Origin: Felis catus
Taxonomy: Eukaryota
Assembly: GCF_018350175.1 (NCBI RefSeq)
Contig: NC_058368.1
Span: 193,194,001 to 193,258,000, forward strand
Direction: 5' to 3'
DNA: 64,000 nt
This document shows positions 55,101 through 64,000 of this stretch, piece after piece. Every line of letters begins with the position of its first letter. Position 1 is the first letter of the stretch. Under the pieces are notes generated by a model. It saw only the letters and a program-made list of their open reading frames with translations, had not been told where the DNA came from and searched no databases. The position numbers were made by a program, and so were the translations under genes.

Positions 55101-55469
55101 GGATAATGCCAGAAACTTGCCAAAAAAAAAAAAAGTTTAAAAAAAGCAGGGGAGGGGCTCAGTATTTCCTGAGCAGGATCTAGGCCACCATTTTGGGCAA
55201 ATGCTTAGTGATGGCAAAAGGACCATTCCAGGTTGTATGGGGAATTGCCTTGTCCTAAGGCAATAAGCCATCACCGTAAGGTTACAGCCTTGCACATAGC
55301 TCCTCACTGACTAGTTTGCTTCCACTTTCTAGAACACGAGGATAATGGCATCTTTTGAGAAGCTAGAATCAGATTGGAAGAGGTTGGGAAACACTGTCAT
55401 GCTGATAGTCAAGGTTTCAACCCTCCCTGGATTCTCAGCATCAAGGCCCAGCCTGGGCCCAGTTCTCTA

Positions 55470-55679
<210 letters not shown>

Positions 55680-56328
55680 TCAACCAGGGGGGGAAATAAC
55701 ATAAATAACATTACCAATGTTATTTTATGTTATTCAGCACAGACAGTATTCATTCACATCATTCATTGAACAAGAGCATATGCACTGACAAAGTGATACT
55801 CTAAAATACTCCATCTGGCCCCACCCCACCATGTCACTACCCACCCGACACACTCACACAGTTCTTCCTCTAGCATAGCAAGATGAGTATCACTATATCA
55901 CTTTGAGTAACCAGCAACGTCCACCATCTACTGCTGAAGATACTGACTAAAGTCCAGCTGCCATGGGTGCCTGGGGACCCTCCCTGTCCACAGGCTCTCT
56001 GGCTGCTGCTGACCCAGCCTTGTAGTGTATCTCAGACTTTGCTTCCATGCCTGGGATACAGAAAAAGCCCTTTGAGAAAAGGGCAGCGCATAGCCACATA
56101 CTCTGCCCTCATAAGTAGAAGGAGGTGGAACATTTGTGGCAAATAAGGTCCAGGCATATGTCCTGATATTTTGATAACAGGACAAGAATGGCTGCCAGGG
56201 TCATGGGACTAGAAATTGTGGTAGACCAGAAGGCCCCTTGGAATAGAAAGAGGATAGCTTGATGCCACTTCTATTCATTCAAGGAGCTTCTTTTTCACAT
56301 TTATTTTTTTCTTCTCTTTTTAGTATTA

Positions 56329-56535
<207 letters not shown>

Positions 56536-59500
56536 TTAAAAACGAATAGATAACACTCGATGAGTAACAGGTGGAGAACACTCAGCAAGTCACGTGACCC
56601 AAGGGATTGGTGAATCAGCTCCATTACCCAGCCTGCCAGGTTGCCCTTTGACCTGAGGGATGCCCTGCCTCCCAAATCACCATAGGAATTGGGGGATGAA
56701 GCCAAGGCATGGTCTCCACCTCTTAACCCCCCACTCTGGGGAGGTGTCATTCTAGGCTAGGTCCTTAGAAGCTGGGTATTTTGAAAGTAAAGGCCCAAAT
56801 AGCTTTCCTTTCTTGTCTGCTTCTCTCTGTTTCCTTTTCTTTTTCTTTCTTTCTTTCTTTTTTCTCTTTTCTTGGCAAAGTGAACGTTAATATTGTCAAG
56901 ATAAGAGCAGGACCTCAGTGCTCACTGTTGATGTTCAAGGGTCAAAGGAGTTATCAACTTGGCAAAGTAGGGAGCAGGGGAAGGCACCTGGCTCACCCAT
57001 TCCTCTGAGTGTTTCCCACATCACAATACACATATATAGAGAGAGATAAAAACAACATGATTGGCATTCTATTAATCAAGTCACAAAAAGAAACAATTAG
57101 GCAAATTTCAGGAGAACCTAAGAAGTAGGAGAGGACAGAATCAGATTAAGATGTAATTAAACACTTTAGACATTTTAGGACAGAGAAGAACAGATTCATC
57201 ACAAGGCCATGTTTGAGTCATTTTCCTGAGGCTTTCAGAACAATTTGACTTCATTTACTTGACTGCTGTGTAGGGCTAAAAGAGAAAGGCAATGAAGGGT
57301 TATGAGACTTTTAGTTGGAACCACCATGCTCAACAGTTGAACAGCTTTGGAGGACCACAGACACCTGCTCCAGTAAGTCAGGTTAGTATTTAACAGATCC
57401 CTCAGCAGGGGTTTCTGGTCACATCAATGACAACATGTACACATAACATATCCAGGGCCATCTGTGAGGGCCAAGGGAGTCCATCTAATTTTCTTTACCT
57501 ATAACCCTCACTTGCCCCATTAAGACCCTGTTCAAGTGTTGCTATCAGGATTTATGTGCTGGACCCACAGGTGCACTAGTTGGTGACTGGAATAATTTGG
57601 TTGACTGGGGTTGCCTCCCTATCCTTTAGTGCCTAATCTAGTTCTTTAGAGAAGGAGGTGGACATCTTTCAGGACATAATTTGTCCCACCTCCCATTTTG
57701 CTACTTCTTGAGGATTTCTCTGTTGATGGTGCCACCTTAAGTTAAGGCTCAATTTTTATTTAACTAAGATGGGTGCCCAAATAGGATGAAAGGGAGGGGT
57801 TCAGAGGAGCTATGTCCATAGTAGGTGGCAAGGGGCATTTGATAGGAAGGCAGATGGGCTATTAAATCCAGCTCTCTTCCTACAGCCTCTTGCCCAATTC
57901 TTTTCCTATTATGAGCTTTCAGATACCAGTTCTACACCACTGTTGGGTGTAGACAGTGGACAAGACAGACATTTTTATTTTTATTGCCTGTGTTATTTGT
58001 TTGTTTTTATAAGAGCTAAACTTTGGCTATTTGGTGACTCTAGTGTGATAAGAAGCATGTTGATCCCTCCCTGGAAAACACTTCTTGACTCACAGGAACT
58101 CTGTTTACTACAACTATTACCTTTTATTTATGTTTGTCAGTCACTGGGCAGCTAACTAGACTGTGGCATATGGATCCCCAAAGGCAAAGGAGAAAGACTC
58201 CAAATGCTTGCTGTTTGCTGCCTGAAAAGGAGTTCATATTTATGATTTCACTTACCCCACATTGTGAGTTTAAATGTGGCAATTTTCAAGCTGGGAAAAC
58301 AATTTCCATTAAAAGAACCCTGAAACACACCCTTTTTCTCTTTTTCTCTGTCTAAAAACAAACAAACAAAACAGAAGAGACTCTAGTCTTGACCAAACAC
58401 ACAAAGGGCAATGATTGGCTTTGGGATTTTTCCTTAGGGATGTTCAACGCAGGGATAGAACAGCCACTGCCTAGATTTCTTGACCCCTCCCCCCCCTTTT
58501 TTTCTATCTTTGTATTTAAAAATAATGTAGGTAGAAAAACTCAACGTAGGGGAGGGAGGAGTACAGGGAGTAACTGAAACAGAGAACAAATGTCAGGGTT
58601 AGCAAATTCTTAATTCTCATTTTTGCTGTGAGCTATCAGACCACTTTTCTGTCTTCAGAAATAAGCTCTCCCTGTTTGTTCTCTTCAGGCACAAAATCCA
58701 GTTTGGGGTCAACAGTGGGAAGAAGTGTTTAGAGAAAGTGGACCCTCCTCATGGCACAAGTTCCACAATGGGAAATATGGGGAAAATTTATGTCCTTTTT
58801 TGGTGGGCTCATGATCTCACAATTGGTTTGAAAAAGGGACTCCTGAAAAAGCATTTAATTAAATTTCAACGCTGAATGTCCCTTTCTGGGTGATTCTCTG
58901 GACTTTAACTCTGGTCCCTTATGCTGTAATCTTCTAGCTAATTGGTGTATTGGATGGGTCTCCTCAAATAGACTGTCAGTTCCCTGGAGCAGAGATGATG
59001 GTTCCTGTGTTTTTAAACTCCTCCCCACAATATCTAGTACAAGATGTTCTATACAGTGTAAAAGTGAGAAATACCTTTTTATTTATTTATTTATTGGTGA
59101 ATGAATGAATGAATGGATGAAATCTAAGTGCAAAATAACCTTATGTGCCTCTAATTCAGCTATTTGGTAAACTCCTCTATCTGGAACATAACAGAAGGAG
59201 CCCAGAAAGTGTGCAAAGAAAATGCACAGGATCATAGGATGATAATTGTAGTTAACATTTATTTATTTTTTGGAGAGCTTATTATAGGCCACGGATTGTA
59301 CTTAGTACTTTACATGCTTTATTTCTTTTAATCCTCACATCCCCATTTGGTGCGCATATTATTACTATTTACATTCCACAGACAAATACATAAATTGCCT
59401 AAGGTTCTAACTCCATTCTGCATGGATGAAGTCTGTGCATGTAACCACTGTGCTTTCCAGCTTGCCCCACATGAGGTATTATATGCATTAACAAGCTCGA

Positions 59501-61551
59501 GAAAGATTATCTAGGTCTCTCTCCCCCAACTCTACCAGACCTTTTCAAAACTTTTACTTTGCACACAGTTGTAACATCCAAGAATCTCCACTCTCCAAGC
59601 CCACAGCAGAGCAAAGGCAGCAAATGAACAAAACCTCATGATAGGCCATTTCATAAGATGCTAATTTACAAGCTGACTGTAAGGAAGAGGCCAAAGAACT
59701 TTCTTTTTTTTTTTTTTTCTTTTTTTTTTTTTTTTAAGGAGGTAAAGCTGATACTGCTAGATGGACAATAACCTGGGGCTATGCTGGCTCGTTCTGGTAA
59801 ACCATCAACTACCTGACCCCTGATTTTCAGCCACAGGATCCTATGGGTCTAGGGGAGTATCTGAATCAAGGAATTATCTTTGGAAGTCTTGAGAAGGGAG
59901 GAGTTGGAACCCTAGAAAGGTAGTCTCCAGGATGACCTTATACTCATTAAAATCCTATGTATTCAGACTTGCCACTGTGGAGAAGTTTGATTATCATATA
60001 CGTGCAAGGAAATTGAAGTTTGGGGGGAAAAAAACAGTCCAGGGAGAGATTTCAGATGGTTTTAATTGGGCTTCAGCTTTAGGAAAGGTTAAGGACTGAA
60101 TTCTGGGCTTCAGTTTTAAAGCAACCGTGTCTCTCTCTCAAAACCTTGAATTTGAGCATCTGAGGAGTATTGGATAAAACAGCTCTTGGAGTTTATACCC
60201 AGCCTGCAGCGATATGCTGTGCCTCTCCTCCCTCAAAGGAAGCTTCAGTTCTAATCACACTAGGCTGCCAGGCATCCTGTCCCCATTCAAACACTGTGTT
60301 TCTTCCTGCTTGTCTGTGCTTGCAACTTGCTGTTCTCCTTCACTTCTCTCCTAACACCACTTGCCCTGCATTGCTCCCATGTTTTCCTTGAATTTTTCCA
60401 TGAACGCTTGATTTCTCATTGACCTTTCCTTTGAACTTCCCTGGAACCCAGCAGTCAATTCATTGCCCTGCCTACCACTGTTTTATGTGTATTAGCCTTA
60501 GCCTTTAACTTGATTATAAAGGCTTTGGTGGAAAGAGTAGATGTCTTCAAGTCAACCCACCAAATATTTATCAGGGCCAATTAAGTGTTAAGTAGAGTAC
60601 TAGGTACTTAGTAGGAATAAAAAACTGAGCAAGTTATAAACCTCAACCTTCAAGGAATGTACAGTCTCATGTGGGAGGCAGAAACACTTCCCAATAGTTC
60701 ATGGAAAACTGTATCCGATTTTAAAATAAAGAATTATGGAAGCACCAGAAAAGGGAAGAGTTTAATTCTGATAGTGAGTGGGAGTTCGAAAACCTTCCAG
60801 GCATGCTCTGTGAAAAGGGAAGAGTGAAATCAGGAAGGAGCACTAGAAAGCAGAGGTCTGGGGAATGTGGTCACAAGGGGGGCTTCTGGGAGGTTAGGCT
60901 ATAACAGCTGACTGGGTCCAAATCCTAAGCATCCTGGAATGCTCTGCCAAGAAGTCAAGTCTTCACCTGCAGGCAAGGGAGACAGGGAAGGTAAGGTGTT
61001 TAAGCAGGGAGAGGACTCAGACCAGCAGCCCCTCTACACTGCCAGTGTGAGTGAATATGTGAATATGTATCAATTATTAACCAATATACTGACTCATATG
61101 AGAGGAACAGACAACATCAAAAGCTTTAACCCTGAATCCAGGGATCCGGCAAAGTAAACAGGGCTCACATGGAAACTTGAAGACTGGTTGCCAATGGAAG
61201 AGGAATTAGATTTATTTACGATACTGAAGGGCAGAATTAGATCAGAGAGATGAAGCCACAGGGACACAGAATGCTGCTCAATGAGATGGTAAACTTTGGA
61301 GCTGTTATAGCTCTCAGGGAATTTATTTGCAAAGTGGCAATCTGGTGGGACATCGTTGATGGGACAACTGTTGGTCAGGAAAAGCATGGAGGGAATTCAT
61401 ATCCTGGATAAAAAGGATTCAGTCCGTGGTTCCATAATACTGGTTCAAAGATCCAGGCCAATTTGTGATGAAGTTTTCACTTACCAATGGGAAAATAAGG
61501 AATGATAAGGGTTGTAGAGTGAGTTTTCAGAAAGCTAAAATTTTCCATTTA

Positions 61552-61773
61552 TTTTTTTTAAATTTTTTTAACGTTTTATTTATTTTTGAGACAGGGAGAG
61601 ACAGAGCATGAACAGGGGAAGGTCAGAGAGAAGGAGACACAGAATCTGAAACAGGCTTCAGGCTCTGAGCTGTCAGCACAGAGCCTGATGCAGGGCTCGA
61701 ACTCACGGAGTTCGCGAGATCATGACCTGAGCCGAAGTCGGCTGCCCAACCGACTGAGCCACCCAGGCGCCCC
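61552..61773 (-). mobile_element. SINEC_Fc-like SINE
   Basis: Perfect TSD ctaaaattttccattta at 61535 and 61773. Confidence 0.93.
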
Positions 61774-61879
61774 TAAAATTTTCCATTTAAAGGACAGTCC
61801 TTCATGTGAAATTTCCTTCTTTTTTAGTGTTAACACATTTCTTCTCTTTTTATATTATGTTGATGAGAAATGGTCATTT

Positions 61880-62098
61880 TTTGGTTTTTTTTTTTAATGT
61901 TTATTTGTTTTCGAGAGAGAAGGAGAGACAGAGCACGAGCAGGGGAGAGGCAGAAAGAGGGAGACACAGAATCCCAAGCAGGCTCCAGGCTCTGAGCTGT
62001 CAGCTCAGAGCCCGACGTGGGGCTCAAACCCATGAACTGTGAGATCATGACCTGAACTGAAGTCGGATGCTTAACCGACTGAGCCACCCAGGAGCCCC
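61880..62098 (-). mobile_element. SINEC_Fc-like SINE
   Basis: Consensus-like body ending ccacccaggagcccc. Confidence 0.9.
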
Positions 62099-63317
62099 TG
62101 TTTTGTTTCTTTTAAGATACCAGGATTCCTTGGCAAGAAAAAACATTGTCATGTGTCCCTACCACCATTTTCTTTTTTGGTGCCGTACTGGTCCATGACG
62201 CCTCTAGTCTAGGATCCACTGGACTTCTGGGGGAAAAGACTTCGAGGATCTCTGCATCATTCCTCCAGAAGGGGAAGGACAGCTATTGATGAGTGAGGTT
62301 TAAAGGCATTAGAGGGACCATGGAGGGAGAGAATTTCCTTGGACTCAATTAAAGGTCAGGTGTACAAGTGAGCATGGACATTCCAACTCTTCCTTTCATG
62401 GGACTTGACGGTTCTGAGGACCAGGGTGCTCCCTCTGTGAAGGAGGTCCAGCCACTTCCCTTCTCCCCTTATACCTCTCTCTGAGCCCTGCAGCACTCTC
62501 TCCTATATAGTCTTCAAGGGACGAGTAAACCACTTCTGCTGAGGGCCTTCTTTGGTTGGATGTTTCTGCTCCTGTGCTGAGGCCAAACCAGGGTCATTTT
62601 GCTTGGAGTGGGAGCCACAGCCTCAGCAAGAACCAAAGCATGTTTGGCCTGGCTTCTTAAGGGGAAGAGTAGTTGGGTCTAGGACAGGCCTGGGTGTTTG
62701 TGGACCTGGATCCTAGACAGCACCTCTTAATCACCTACCTTTTAGATAATAATTTCAAAGACCCCTTCTGTCTTTATAGTACAGATTATGACACTGTCGG
62801 TTTGGACCATCTAGGGTAAACATCATCACTGACAGGGCAGAAAGCTAACAGCACATGGGATTCTGCTGGCCCACTAGCTTGGAGTGGTAGGTAACGTGGG
62901 GGAGGTTAAACAGTGATCAAGCAGATGGAAATAGCTAGTGGGGTTATGTCAGGAGCCTCAATTAAATTGCAGACATCCCCACGTATTGTTAGGGAATACA
63001 GGTAAGGTCAAAGTTCCCTTCACCTGAGACCACCACAGGTGGTTTTCCCCTTGGAGTATACTCAAGGAACAGACAGTCCTGGGATCTCATGAGAAAGGAA
63101 TGTTGGTCAGCCATTGAGTCAGCTAGAGACAGATGTTTTGCCTTTGGTTTCTGACTGTACAAAATAACACAAAGGAATTGGTTTAAAAAAAAAGAAAAAA
63201 AACCATATGTAGAGCACTCTATTTCTCCATCTGAGGTGGAGAAAAGAATCTGAGTCTGGGTTGAGTACCTCACTAATCTCTGGTCAAGATATGTGGAAAG
63301 ACCTGTAACTGTGCTTC

Positions 63318-63426
63318 TGGTGACCAACTGGCCCAGTTTGCTTGGAATTTTCCTGGTTTTAGCACCAAAAGTTCCACATCCTGGGAACCCTCTCAATCTT
63401 GGGCAAACCAGGATATTTGGTTACTG
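63318..63426. mobile_element. MER81-like (hAT-Blackjack) MITE
   Basis: ggtgaccaac-ccagtttgc at one end and gcaaaccagga-ttggttac at the other, forming inverted termini. Confidence 0.7.
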
Positions 63427-64000
63427 CAAGTATACCTCAGTTTTCCCAGTAAGATGGGAATAATTACAAGCTCCGGCTCCAGCTGTCTGTATTGTGAGGA
63501 GCAAATGAGATGACAGATGTTAAAGTGCTTTGGGGTTACTTGTGGACAAGTGGCTGGATTGGAAGTGCCACAAAAGCCACACCTCTTTGTGTTGGCACAT
63601 GCTCTACCTGGTATACTTGGCCACTGTGTAGAACCCATTCATCATATAAGCCTCTGGCATATGTTGTTCTCTGCAAATCCTCCTGCAAGGCCCAGGCAGA
63701 ACGCATCAGGCCTTCCTTTCTGTCCCACTGTACTTGCATACCCTAGAATAGCAAGCTCATCACGCTATTATCCATTGGCTGGCTCCTCCAATCAGAGGAG
63801 TTCTTTAATGGAACCCAGCACAATAGCTAACAAAAGCTTTTTGATGAATTTTTTTTTGAATGAAGGAGTTTTACATTTCTGAAATATAGTTGTATCACAA
63901 CAATATATGTTGTATTACCCAACCCCCCAGAAGCTGCATACTAGTTTTACATGTGTGATATCTATTTCTGACCCTGTAGCTCTTTTTTTTTAAGTTTATT

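Overview
Felid genomic DNA, probably domestic cat or a close relative, judged from the Felidae-type CAN-SINEs and an L1_Fc-like LINE. The window holds the 3' end of GRIA1 (AMPA receptor subunit GluA1) on the minus strand. In transcript order these are the flop exon (56419-56533), the flip exon (55563-55677), the M4 exon (48766-48900), the last coding exon (40681-40881, ending in the -ATGL PDZ ligand) and a 3'UTR of about 2.65 kb. Upstream GRIA1 exons lie beyond the window. Bases 1 to ~38000 are downstream intergenic DNA rich in SINEs, MaLR/ERVL LTRs, old L1/L2 fragments and a 3.4 kb 5'-truncated L1. I see no new gene system. The most interesting unexplained signals concern splicing: (1) a near-perfect AU-rich hairpin over the flip-exon branch-point zone; (2) a GC hairpin plus an in-frame upstream AG at the last-exon acceptor; (3) an 82-codon read-through frame after the M4 exon, ending at a donor-like site and ATTAAA, where GRIA2/GRIA4 make alternative tails. 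Repeat family names are recalled by eye and old-repeat boundaries are approximate.
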